The translations under genes and the position numbers were made by a program. This document shows positions 1 to 11,829 of a stretch of DNA of 64,000 nucleotides, in pieces. The notes beneath the pieces were generated by a model. The model was not told the DNA's origin. It was given only the letters and a program-made list of their open reading frames with translations, and searched no databases. The stretch is from Eledone cirrhosa (Eukaryota), in contig OZ024742.1 of the NCBI GenBank assembly GCA_964016885.1, forward strand, positions 144,460,001-144,524,000. Reading direction: 5' to 3'. Positions within the stretch are counted from its first letter, which is position 1, and every line of letters starts with the position of its first letter.

Positions 1-27
1 AGACATACAATGTAACGGGAGGAAACA

Positions 28-275
28 ATAGTACCACTGACGATGTTGCAGTTGTGCAACGAAAGAACTTTGATAAACTATATATATGTGTTTGTGTCTA
101 TATTGTATCTGTATTATCTTTGACCGTTGGTCAGTCAATGGCAACATTGAGGACCGAATAAATTAGATTACCGATATAAAAGACACAGAAGCGAAAAGCG
201 AAAACCAACCAAACAGTGAGTGTGTTCTGTTATTAATTCTGGCAATATTACACAAATATGACCCTCCCCAAGTAT

Positions 276-281
<6 letters not shown>
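28..281 (+). mobile_element. Penelope-like element pLTR 3' end with hammerhead motif (family C)
   Basis: CTGACGA-t-GTTGCA-gttg-TGCAAC-GAAA-gaactt at 37-70. The end motif ...tatgaccctccccaagtataacaat abuts (TA)n and recurs at about 29600-29772, 43725-43750 and 55776-55870. Confidence 0.65.
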
Positions 282-346
<65 letters not shown>

Positions 347-384
347 TCATATGGAAACCTGCCGTATCAATGTAACATATATGA

Positions 385-443
385 GCTTACTGGTACGAAC
401 GACCTTTTGGAACGTAACTCGTTTGTAAGTTGAGGACTTACTG
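385..443 (-). mobile_element. pogo/Tigger-like DNA transposon terminus
   Basis: Minus strand reads TA-CAGTAAGTCCTCAACTTACAAACGAGTTACGTTCC, which resembles Tigger TIRs. Only one end is seen. Confidence 0.4.
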
Positions 444-445
444 TA

Positions 446-851
446 CAGGGTGGTCCGAAAGACTTGTCACCCCTACATATTGTTGTAACTTTCATTATTT
501 TTTGTTTTAATAATATAATATATAATATCATTAATTATAATATATAATTATGAAGGAGAGAGTTTCACATGAACGATACCAGAATAGCCAACAGTTGAAG
601 GACTCTGTTCGGGCAGCCTTTGCAACAATCATCAAAGCACAGCTTCGTAAAATATCACACAGGACATGGTGCCGCATCATTTTGTGCCACGAAAATGATG
701 GTGTTCATACAGACCTTCTCAATGGGTAACAGCGTCAATGAAAGTGAATAAACTGAATCCAGTAAATGTGCTTTGTATCACTGTATTACTTGTTCTTCTA
801 TTGTTCTCATTACTTTTTGGTAGGGGGTGACAAGACTTTCGGACCACCCTG
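446..851 (+). mobile_element. Tc1/mariner-type internally deleted element (MITE)
   Basis: TIRs of about 30 bp (CAGGGTGGTCCGAAAGACTTGTCACCCC / ggggtgacaagactttcggaccaccctg) with TA on both sides. The interior encodes a transposase C-terminal-like peptide, LKDSVRAAFATI...WCRIILCHENDGVHTD. Confidence 0.85.
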
Positions 852-2619
852 TATATTAAAATTTACTACCAATATACAGATTAATACGTCTTTTCGTGAT
901 TACTATTACATTTACAAGACATTATTCGGTCAATAGTTACGTATTTCCTTTGGATTGTTTGATGTACATATCCATCTACATATCCATATTCTCTGATAAG
1001 GATTTAAATCTATTAAAAATATTCATCAGTTTTTTCAATTTACGGAGAATATGTAAATTTGATATGTGAAATTAAATGTGTATATTTATATAGACATTTA
1101 CACAGTCTCGGTTAAACTCTGTACTGTATATATATACAGATATACATAACAGTTCTGGGACTCTTTTGCCACCATCGACAATAGGGCAATGTTCAACAAT
1201 TTGTTTCCGGGTCCTTGAAGGTTAAATTTTATTCGTTACATAGTACGTCTGCTAGTGTATGTATGTGTGTGCATGTTTTATTTTTCATTCATAAATTCAA
1301 AAAAATGTATTATGCAGAAGAGGTAGAGAATTCAACTTAAGTTAGATGCTTATATATCTGCTTGAAAACGCTTTTTCTCTACTGAATTATCATATTCTAT
1401 AAGCAGTTCTGTTTAACATTTCCTTCATACTATATCGGATGGAAAACAGAGTTGCAGTTTATAGTTTTCCATCAGATGTATGTAAACACTTACACACACA
1501 AACATACACGCATACACACACATAGACATATACCCCCCCCCCCCATATAAATATATATATATATATACACGCACATATACATGTATATAAGTATATGTGT
1601 GTTTCTGCATTATAGATTTATGTATTATTAGAATGTATGTTTATGGGGATTTACACACACGCACATACGTATATATATTCATGCATACGGTCACGCAAAC
1701 ACACACACTACATTGGAAAATATTTTGAAATCACCATGTAAGATTGATCGCTATGCTTTGCTAGATATAGACTGAATGTATTATTCAGAACTAAAAAGTA
1801 CTTCAGCATTGAACAACACCTAATCCGATTCGGTACTATCTTTGTATTGTTTCCTTCATATAGATTGCTACACGTAGAACAACCAATGTTTCGACCAAAT
1901 TGCTACAAAATCAATTTATAATCTTCGACGGATTATCTCTAGTCCTTTGCTCATCACTCTGTTGCATAAGATAAAATCCGTATCTTCGCAGTTTTTACCC
2001 CCCAGCAATGATTCCAAAGAAAATTTTATGTTTATTGATTTCTAATTGATATATTTAACATTAAGCTCAAGGCCATACAACTTTTTCTCCGTTTCTATTT
2101 TTCTATTTTGGAGCAGGGTATATTTTATTTAATCGACCCAGGTACTTGACTGCTGTTTGTATAATTAACTCTCTTCTAAACGCGTGATGGCTTTCTCATT
2201 GATTCGAGAACTATTTTATTTATTTTAATATAGTTTACTGGTATTCAACTTTCTAAAGGAAAGATATATATTTCGCTTATGGGGATTTTGAACTTTACGA
2301 GAGTATATATATATTATATACTAGACCACCCGTGAAGGTTATAATATATAGAAAGAGAGAGGGTTATAATACATATAGAGAGGGTTATAATATATAAAGA
2401 GAGGCTTATTGGTTACCACGGAGCTGTTGGCTATTTGTGAAGGTACTCGGAAAAAACCTGTATCTCGGGAACCTGTGCTCCAATTTACGCGAAACTTGTT
2501 TTATTCCATTTCAGGGGCAACTTCCGCAGGCATGATGAGGTCAGCGGCAAAACAATTTTCGTGACAAGTATTTTCCTAAACCTTGATAATTTGTCCCTAT
2601 TATAATAATGATTGCTACT

Positions 2620-2810
2620 ATAGGTGCAAGGCTAGAAACTTTGGGGGAGGGGAAAGTCGATTAAATCGATCTCAGTGCATTACTGGTGCTTTATTTTATC
2701 GACATCGTAAGGATGAAAGGCGGGATTTGAACTCAGACCGTAAATATCCGTAACTCTATGCTCCAAAGCATGGTGTCCGACATTCTACCGATACTCCAAT
2801 CCAGCGACCG
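2620..2810 (-). mobile_element. tRNA-derived SINE (Meta-SINE-like family 1)
   Basis: Minus strand has a B-box-like gagttcaaatcccgcc and the core ctttcatccttacgatgtcgataaaataaagcaccag. Many copies occur in the window. Confidence 0.7.
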
Positions 2811-2970
2811 CCCTGGTCCCCATTATAATAATATTTATAGGACAATTATTGCAATTTTCCCAAAACAATACAATAAAATGGGAAAAACAAAATTCATCTC
2901 TATTTGACCAACTAAGATATTTTAGTTAACGCGCTATCGATTTATTGCTAGTTTGGCTTACTATATATAT

Positions 2971-3361
2971 CAGGGGTCTCAAACTCAAGGTTTCAAAAGG
3001 ACCTTTACGTCTTCAGGGAAGCCAAAAGTGAGATGGTGGGGGCGTGATTTTCAATAGTTATAAATACTAGTCTGCTATACAACTGAATGGTTGCTATCTA
3101 TTTATTTATTTCATCAAAATGTATACACATATGATAGTAAGTGGGATATGTGGATTAGTACAAAATTTAGATGTACACGTTTTCGTTTTCAATTTTTCTT
3201 AATTCCATTTTTACTTTTGGTAAATTCCATTTTCTTCCATTTTATTGTATTTTATTGTATTTTATTGTAAATTTCAATAAATAGATATAATTAAAACAAG
3301 TTTTAGGAAAATATTAGTTACGAAGATTGTTCTGCCACGGGGCACGTATTTGAGACCCTTG
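2971..3361. mobile_element. hAT (Charlie-like) MITE
   Basis: TIR CAGGGGTCTCAAA / tttgagacccttg. The 8-bp flanks atatatat / atatgtat match at 7 of 8 positions (TSD). Confidence 0.75.
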
Positions 3362-3589
3362 ATATGTATGTCAAGAAGAGCAACTACGATGCGGTATTAA
3401 TAAGACAGAAATATATGTATAGTCCTGTAATACCTAATAGAGTCGTAGAGGTGCCGTAGTGACATACGGCGTTTCTTGGACATTTTAAGCCTGGTGGAGC
3501 CCATCTCTCTCCAGACCTGAGTACAGCAGATTTCTTCCAAAGAAAAATAGAAAGTAAGAGAAGAAATGAGAAAGAGATATAGAGGAAGA

Positions 3590-3720
3590 ATTGACCCCAG
3601 TACTTGACTGGTACTTCCTTTATCGACCTCGAAAGTCGACCTCAGCAGGATTTGAGCTCAGAGAGCAGAGAGCCGGAACGAATACCATAAAGCATTTCTA
3701 ACCGACGTTCTAACGACTCA
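3590..3720 (-). mobile_element. SINE family 1, degenerate copy
   Basis: ggtacttcctttatcgacctcgaaagtcgacctcagcaggatttgagctcag matches the family core. Confidence 0.55.
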
Positions 3721-3974
3721 AGACAGAGATACATGTGGACATATCGATCAACAGTCAGCTACTTAATAGTCAAGTACAGTGTTAAAAAAAAAAAAAAGAA
3801 AAACAGAAACAAAAAAAAAAAGAAACATAAAGCAATTTGACAAACTTGAAAATTTCTAAATTTAATGAAACTTGCCAACAGGGTGAACACAAGGAAAAAA
3901 AAAGAGAGGAAAAGGATAACCATATGAACCAACAACTACAAATGCAACAAGAACAAAAATATTTTCAAAATCAT

Positions 3975-4150
3975 AACGTAAGTTGTGAAAGTTCATTTTC
4001 AAAACTGAAATTAATAGAAACAGATATGAGGTCTTCTGTGTCGCAAATGACCAATTTGGTTTTGATCAGTATTGAAAACAGTATTGAAAAAGAACTTCTT
4101 CCTCACAGCTGAGCTACAAAATGAAATAGCTGAAGTGTTTTCTGATATGA
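3975..4150 (+). pseudogene. hAT transposase C-terminal dimerisation domain remnant
   Basis: SCESSFSKLKLIETDMRSSVSQ..NLVLISIE matches the hATC motif S(A/C)ERSFSKLKLIKxxLRSxMxQxRLxxLxxLSIE. Confidence 0.7.
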
Positions 4151-4304
4151 GATCTTATTTTGGGAACCGGATTTAATAAATGTGACTGATATTAAATTAA
4201 TTTTAAAAAGAAAGGATATATATGTCGATATAGTTATGAGGAAATGTCTGAATAGAAATAAATGACGGAATATCATCTAGTCACTGAGTGGTAATGTGGA
4301 GCTA

Positions 4305-4783
<479 letters not shown>

Positions 4784-5289
4784 AAATAACCAAAATTCAA
4801 ATCCGGTGGAAATCAAGCTCATAATTTAAATGTGTGTACCTCAATTAAGTGAACAAGTCATTGTTTTAACTTTAGAAGTTTGAGAGTAAAACGGATATAC
4901 ACAAACATTTAAACATATGTAATACATTTAAAAAACTGGCCACTTATTTATAAGCATTTACCTAAAACAAAAATACATTTATACATATAAGTGACACTTA
5001 AATAACAAGGTGATAAAAAATTATAATTCCGACAATCAGGATTAAAAACGGCCATGATCAGCACGATTGCTCGTTTTCATTGCTGTTATGAATGTATGTA
5101 TGGACATGTAACTCCCAGTTGAGTCGTAGGAGTACCGTTGTAGCATATTGAGTTTTGGGTGTAGGGGGTAGGCATCTTTTAAAACCGAGTAGAGCCCATC
5201 TCTTCTACAGGTCTGAACACATCCGAGTTCTTCAAGAGAAAGAGAGACAGGAGGGGAGAGGGGCAAGATGACGTAATAAACCCAATAAT

Positions 5290-5432
5290 GAGCTGGTATT
5301 ATTTTTATCGACCTTAAAGAAACGAAATGCAAAATTGACCTCTGCATTATTTGAACTCATATCGCAGAGAACCGGAACGAATACTGCAAAGTATTTTATC
5401 GGACATTCTAACGACTTTGCCATTTCGCTACC
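5290..5432 (-). mobile_element. SINE family 1, degenerate copy
   Basis: ggtattatttttatcgaccttaaagaaacgaaatgcaaaattgacc...tttgaactca. Confidence 0.5.
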
Positions 5433-6065
5433 TATGACACTTCAAAAACAAGGTTATAAAACAATAATGATAATTTTGACACACGGTGTTTAAAAAGGGT
5501 CACTATCACCCCGATTGCTCATTTTCCTTGGTAAAGGGAAATGATGAGTTGCTTTACGCATTAAACTGTTACAATTATCTAATGAAAATCATTTCCGTTA
5601 CTTATGTACAACTGAATAGATCACTAACAGGAAACCTACATATAAAGTTGCTAAAACTTTATCACGACAGGAAAGAAGGTTGAAACATAAGTCGTAGAGG
5701 TAAGGATCTAGTTTAATTTAGTATATGGCCAATGGAAAGTCTTAAATTGTTCAGATAAATCTACGAGGCATGAAACATAAGTATCAATCTTGTTTATTTC
5801 ACTTCCTGTTTTAAACAAGGTATGTATTTTGTTTTCAGTGAGTGTGTGATGTCTTGCATTTCGGTCGCGTAATCAAGAGGGAATAGGATATGGTGGCTGG
5901 CTAGACAGATACTGGGAACGAGAACTGAAGAGAAAGAAAGAGGTGGGCGAGAGGGAAAGGAAGGGTGAGCTACAGAGCGTAAGGATTGTATATATATAAA
6001 TATATACATACATATATATATATATACATACATATATTCAAAATATATAGATATACATACATATA

Positions 6066-6467
6066 TTCAAAATGTTAACAAATGAAAAATATTCGTATAA
6101 TCAAAATATATACTTTATTATACATATTTCAAAGGTACTATGGTGTTTAAGTACATTTTCATCAGACAAAATATATGATTTGATATGTCACATATCAAAT
6201 AATATATTTTGATATGTGACATATCAAATCATATATTTGATATGTGACATATCAAATCATATATTTTGTCTGATGAAAACGTACTTAAACACCATAGTAC
6301 CTTTGAAATATGTATAATAAAGTATATATTTTGATTATGTGAATATTTTTCATTTGTTAACGTTTTGAATAATATTAAAAACTTCAGGAAAACCTTTTGT
6401 TGACTGCTTCTAATCTATTGTAAAATTGTATTCGTTGAGTAATCAACGAACCATACTAATCTTTGGT

Positions 6468-6468
<1 letters not shown>
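6066..6468. mobile_element. Fold-back PLE-derived insertion with a hammerhead in each arm
   Basis: Arms at about 6066-6200 and 6235-6370 are reverse complements. The right arm continues about 95 nt further. Flanked by TA-rich repeats. Confidence 0.75.
6259..6327 (+). ncRNA. Type I hammerhead ribozyme (mirror copy at 6107-6176 on -)
   Basis: Stem I atatattttgt/ataaagtatat; CTGATGA; stem II aaacgtact/agtaccttt; GAAA; stem III t-atgt-a; AUA cleavage triplet. Confidence 0.75.
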
Positions 6469-6498
<30 letters not shown>

Positions 6499-6961
6499 TA
6501 CTGCTCCCTCGTTCTCTCTGTTTCTCCTACTTTCTTTCGCCCCCTCTGTCATGTCAGTTAACTCTTTCTCACACTTCCACTCACTCACTCACTGTTTCTC
6601 CCTTCTCACTTCACCCCGTTTGCGACGAATACATTTTCCTTCTTTCTTACATTTGGATTCATCTCGAAAGGTCTTTTTTCTAAGCGCTCATATATTCACC
6701 TAGCTTATGCTAACAGAATAACTATGTAGCTTGTTCTCTTCCTATCTACGGTTAGCTCTCCTCTTTGTTGTTTACTTGTCTCACTCGCTTTACGCGTTTT
6801 AATTGTCCTAATAACTTAATTTAGTTATTATTGCACCAACGTGAGGTATATGATTTTTAATGCAATGAAATATCTATGATCGTTGGCAAATCACTGATGA
6901 GGGACTCATTTTATAACATGTTATCCATGTGCAACCTGCAGTATTCTTCTCCCCATTTTTT

Positions 6962-7005
<44 letters not shown>

Positions 7006-7189
7006 GCGAGGGAAAAGTGGTAAGGAACCAGGTGGACCATAACGCACCAAAGTACTCAATACTTAGGGTAGTAGAGTGGGTAATAGGAGTAAGTAAGACC
7101 CCGACGGCTGAGCTCAAGCCGTTTCGACGGCTAATTCTGTACTGAATGAAAAATCAGTTCTGGTATTTAAATAGCCGAACTTGTCAAGG

Positions 7190-7500
7190 GGCAATTCCTT
7201 CAAGACCCGGCTATACCAACACAGACATACCTTCCGAAACCCGGCCCGGCGTCACGCCACCACACTTTCGGGCCACATATGGGACCTCAAGGACAACAAC
7301 ATCAACTATGATCTCACTTGGAAATTACTGTCCAGAGCCAACTCCTACACGGGAGGACGCCGTCCGTGCAATTTATGCTCGGAGGAAACATTACAAATGC
7401 TGTTTTCGACGGACCAACTCCTTAACAAGAAAGATGAACTGGTTACTGCATGTAAACACCGATTACGTAGGACTTACCTCGCCCTCAAACCCCATAATGA
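7190..7500 (+). pseudogene. PLE GIY-YIG endonuclease C-terminal half
   Basis: GNSFKTRLYQHRHTFRN..TTLSGHIWDLKD...WKLL...CNLCSEE....LLNKKDELVTACKH is typical of PLE endonuclease ends. Confidence 0.8.
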
Positions 7501-8032
7501 CCCGGGGGGGGGGGTAGCCTATAACACCCCACTTGCCTATTTTGTAATGAGTAACCCCTGCTTGCCTATGGAGACGTAAGATCTTCCTTTACACTTTTTT
7601 TTATCGATCCAGTATCTCTTTCTTTTTCCCTTTTTCCCTTTTCTCCTTTTTTCCTGTATTAATTTTCCGTTCTTTATTTTTAATTCGTACGACTTTTCTT
7701 GTAGCCTGTATAAGACATTTTGTTTTGTTTCGTGGCGGTACCCTTAGAGTTAGTACCAGTACTTTTTTGCGGGACCCTGAATTACATTCTCATACTAGTC
7801 TACTTTCTTGCACTGGGTGGTTGCTGGCCCGGTGTTTGGAGTAGAAACCGTTATTTATTTTTTTTTTCGTGGTGGTCTCTGTAGTATTCCGACCCCCCCC
7901 CCCCCTCTGTTGACCCGTCACCGCACGATACACGCACTTATACCCCGCATAAGGGTCCCTTTATCTCCGTCACACCTAGGTTTTTATTTCTATCATTATC
8001 ATTTGTTTTCTTATTCTTTTTATTCTAAATTA

Positions 8033-8063
<31 letters not shown>

Positions 8064-8094
8064 ATCTATCTATCCATCCTTTTACTCACTTATT

Positions 8095-8437
8095 TGTTTA
8101 TTTACTCACTTATGTATTTCTTGTGGAATATTATTTACGTATTTCTTATTTACTTATGTAGAATATTACTTATGTATTTCTTATTTACTTATGTGGAATA
8201 TTTTCTTATTTACTTATGTGGAATATTATTTACGTATTTCTTATTTACTTATGTGGAATATTACTTATGTATTTCTTATTTACTTATGTGGAATATTATT
8301 CATGTATTTCTTATTTACTTATGTGGAATATTCTTTATGTATTTCTTATTTACTTATGTGGAATATTATTTTTGTATTTCTTATTTACTTATGTGGAATA
8401 TTATTTATGTATTTCTTATTTACTTATTTATGTATTT
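8095..8437. repeat. 35-bp minisatellite (about 9-10 units) inside the PLE 3' UTR
   Basis: Unit tttacttatgtggaatattatttatgtatttctta is repeated. Confidence 0.9.
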
Positions 8438-8752
8438 CTTCAGCCTATTTCCTAGTAACCAGATTCTGCTTATATTTCTTTTCTCTCTCAGTACTCTTTA
8501 CAGTTTTACATTTTCATCGTTCTACTTACCGTATTGACCTCATCCCCCTCCCCCTCCCCTGCCTCCTCTTTGACCTCACACCCAGCTGTAGCTGGCACCA
8601 CCAACGCATGAATGGGTCTACTCCTCCCCCTCTCCCCTTTTCTCCTACTGGCAGGTTTGGCTACCTCCCCCACCAACTTGCCATCGCTGAATTACTACTA
8701 CCTTGTGGGATGACCAATCCTGGTGATTATCTCTTTGACCATATATGGAATT

Positions 8753-8847
8753 GCCCCTTGACAAGTTCGGCTATTTAAATACCAGAACTGATTTTTCATT
8801 CAGTACAGAATTAGCTGTCGAAACGGCTTGAGCTCAGCCGTCGGGGT
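8753..8847 (+). ncRNA. Hammerhead ribozyme, U3-A8 core variant (mirror copy at 7098-7192 on -)
   Basis: Stem I gcccc/ggggt; core TTGACAA; stem II cggcta/tagc(c/t)g with a long insertion; GAAA; stem III cggct-tgagctc-agccg; GUC triplet. Confidence 0.65.
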
Positions 8848-8857
8848 CTTACTTACT

Positions 8858-8927
<70 letters not shown>

Positions 8928-8932
<5 letters not shown>

Positions 8933-9160
8933 CGTCATTATTTGGAGCGGTGAAAACAATTACACGCAAAGACAAAACCACGTTTATGGAAGTCGTAGAC
9001 TAATATTCTATTAGGTGGTTCATCGAGACGTTCTCTGGCAATGAACGGAAAAACGAAGATAATACGTCATATGTGGATCGTGGAGAACAATTGCACGCAA
9101 AGACAAAACCACGTAAATGGTATAACTGAAGTCGTAGACTAGAATTCTAGCTAGGAAACC
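8928..9160. repeat. Imperfect tandem duplication, unit about 130 bp
   Basis: aatacgtcat...acaattacacgcaaagacaaaaccacg...aagtcgtagacta occurs twice. Confidence 0.7.
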
Positions 9161-9769
9161 GAATGATTCGCGGCTTCAGAGTTAAGAATAAAGTAAATAA
9201 AATACAGAGGTAATTGAAATTAAATAAATACATACACGCATCTACGGTTCTTATATATTTGATATATATTTATCCTTATCTAGCTCTCTTTGGATTTTAG
9301 TCTTCAAATTTATTATTATTACTATATATATATATATATATATATAGATGAACAGACCTCTTCAGCACTTAATTTAAAATTTTTAATTTTTAATTCTTTT
9401 TAATTCCTTTTAATTGTAATATTCAACATTTGATACATCGAAGCCGGTCATATTTGATATATTTTATATACATTATAAAAGTCCTTTTTTTTTTAAAGAA
9501 TTGTTTCTCTCATTTTTCCAATAATGTCACTTTGACGAATCAAGGAAGAAAAACAGAAAAACAGATCCTTAAATATATTTTCCGTGCTATTTCCAATTCC
9601 ACCTTTTCTCTATAACCCCTGTTTTGTATAGAACTTAAGATCTCGCCTGAGACGATTGCGTTTTTTGATTAGACGTTTTAGCTCCGTTGTCATCCATGGG
9701 CATTCATTCTTACGGATGGCCTTCAAGGGAACTGCCACGGCTTCTGCCCTTTTAAGGAGTGTGAGAAGT

Positions 9770-11625
9770 GCTGCAAGATATGATGCGGCTTGGCATTCCC
9801 CTACGTTTCGTCGAGTGGTTATCCGCCAGGTTTACAAACCACTGGTCGCAGTCGCGTGTTTAAAGAAGGGCTACCGCAAGGTTCCGCCCTTTCACCAATG
9901 CTATTCACAATCTTCATAAATGGTCTACTTGATCAATTCGACAACACAACACATGTTAGCGCATACGCCGATGATCTTGCTATCGCGTGCTGCGGTAAGA
10001 AAAAGGAGGAAATAGCGCAACGGTTACAAAAGGAAGTGGATAGCATGGAGTAAAGAAGTTAAACTCCCACTTAACACATCAAAATGCGAGTCAACCTTCT
10101 TTGGAACATCCAGTGCAGAAGCGAGGTGGCAACTAAATATTACTATTGACGGGGTAAGACCATCCTTTAACCCCAATCCCGTCTTTTTAGGCGTCACATA
10201 TGATAGGACACTCTGTAAAAAAGATCTGCTAAAAACTTCAACAGCGCGTCAACATCATGCGCACCCTTGGGGGTACCTCCTGGGGCTGGCATACCGCAGA
10301 TCTTCGTCAAGTATACATCGCAGTGCACCGCAGCCTGGCCGAGTACGGCTCCCCAGACTCCCTGGTTGTCAGTCACTAACATCGGCAAGCTTGAAAGAGC
10401 ACAACTAGAAGCAGCTCGAGCGATCACTGGACATGTACGCACAACACCAACTGAGGCTGTCCTACTTGAAGCACACCTTCCACCGTTGAAATGCCGCTTT
10501 CATGCTCTCTCCCCCTTGAAAGCGGATGAATGGGCACACCTCCCCACCTCCAATCATCGAAACCAATTACTCAATGCTAACGTAAGGCGCCGACTTCGCA
10601 GTCTTGATTGGCGATGTAGACAGCTGTCAGCCCTTGATCGTCTTGGCATACCCTCGACAACAGACACCCAACTACCACATAAGAAGCCGCCGTGGGAATT
10701 ACCACCACCAATCCCTGCTACCTTTACCCCGGTGAACAAATCAATGCCAGTAGCACTACAACTTAAAGCGGCACTGGATCATCTATCGACATTCCCCCGG
10801 TCGACATTTACGTGTATACAGATGGATCAACATGCAACGGTACAACCAATGGTGGTGCCGGTCTCGTAATCATCCAAAATGAAGAGGTAGTTCACGAGTG
10901 GCACGCTCCCACGGGCGCTCGTAGCAGTTCCTTTCATTCCGAAAGAATTGCATTCAAACAAGTCCTCCTATGGTTACAGGCAGACACCAGCTGGGAGTCC
11001 TCCAATGTCATCTGTGACTGCAAGTCGCTGGTTCAAGCAGTCAACAACCCCTTCCCCCATGACCCTTTCATTACCGAGCTGCAAGGGATCGCTAACAAAA
11101 TCAAAAAGGGGAGAACCATAGAAACTGTTTGGGTCCCGGGGCACTGCAACATAAAAGGGAATGAACTGGCGGACGCCCAGGCGAAACAAGGCTCAGCATC
11201 GACTCAACTGGAAAGTTCAATCGATGCCGCCACTCGACTCGCCGTCATTCGCCGGGAATTTCGCCCACCACCGATCCAGCATCAACGTCTACAATCAGTC
11301 TTTAGCCGCCACCCAAATGAAGAGAGTGAGCAAACTCTCTCCAAAGCAGATAGGAACCATCTCGTCCGCTTCCGCAGTGGACATCACACGTCATTAAGGA
11401 GATGGCTTCATATGATCGACCAAGCGGAAATCAACACATGCCGTCTGTGCGGAGAGGAAGAAGAATCCTCCGAGCATCTTTGGATGAGATGTCCGGCCTT
11501 GATGGTGGATTGCTATCACCACCAACTCGGCTCCGGCATGGATGAACTCGTGTGTCTCCCACACGCCAGTCTCGCGCTACTGAGGGTAATCCTCAGGCGC
11601 CTGTGGTAAGAGAAAAAAAAACAGC
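9770..11625 (+). mobile_element. 5'-truncated, frameshifted I-group LINE (RT + RNase H + CCHC)
   Basis: RT: GLPQGSALSPMLF..AYADD. RNase H: YTDGS..SSFHSE..CDCKS..WVPGHCNIKGNELAD. CCHC: CRLC..EESSEHLWMRC. Followed by an A/(CAA)-rich tail. Confidence 0.85.
10812..11609 (+). CDS. RNase H plus zinc-knuckle portion of the LINE ORF2 (pseudogenised element)
   Basis: RNase HI catalytic motifs YTDGS, CDCKS and WVPGH..GNELAD. Confidence 0.75.
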   Translation: MYTDGSTCNGTTNGGAGLVIIQNEEVVHEWHAPTGARSSSFHSERIAFKQVLLWLQADTSWESSNVICDCKSLVQAVNNPFPHDPFITELQGIANKIKKGRTIETVWVPGHCNIKGNELADAQAKQGSASTQLESSIDAATRLAVIRREFRPPPIQHQRLQSVFSRHPNEESEQTLSKADRNHLVRFRSGHHTSLRRWLHMIDQAEINTCRLCGEEEESSEHLWMRCPALMVDCYHHQLGSGMDELVCLPHASLALLRVILRRLW

Positions 11626-11829
11626 AACAACAACAATAACAATAGCAGCAGCAACAATACCAACTGCACCGAAAACAACAACAACGGCGGCACCAAAGAC
11701 AACAATGATAACAGCAACAGTGATAACAGCAACAGTGATAACACCAAAAAGAACAACAACAACAACACCACCAACGACAACAAGAAGAACACTTTCGCTG
11801 CCGCAGCAGCCACAAAGAGGCCATGCTTC

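Larger units (their letters stand above)
7006..8862 (+). mobile_element. 5'-truncated Penelope-like element (family A) with an inverted upstream pLTR
   Basis: About 7084-7198 is the reverse complement of 8747-8862. A GIY-YIG C-terminal ORF lies between. (TA)n on both flanks. Confidence 0.85.

Noticed and set aside
8095-8437. Regular 35-bp repeats resembling a CRISPR array, and the overlapping hydrophobic ORFs
   Set aside because: The units are contiguous with no unique spacers and there are no cas genes. This is a minisatellite in a PLE UTR.
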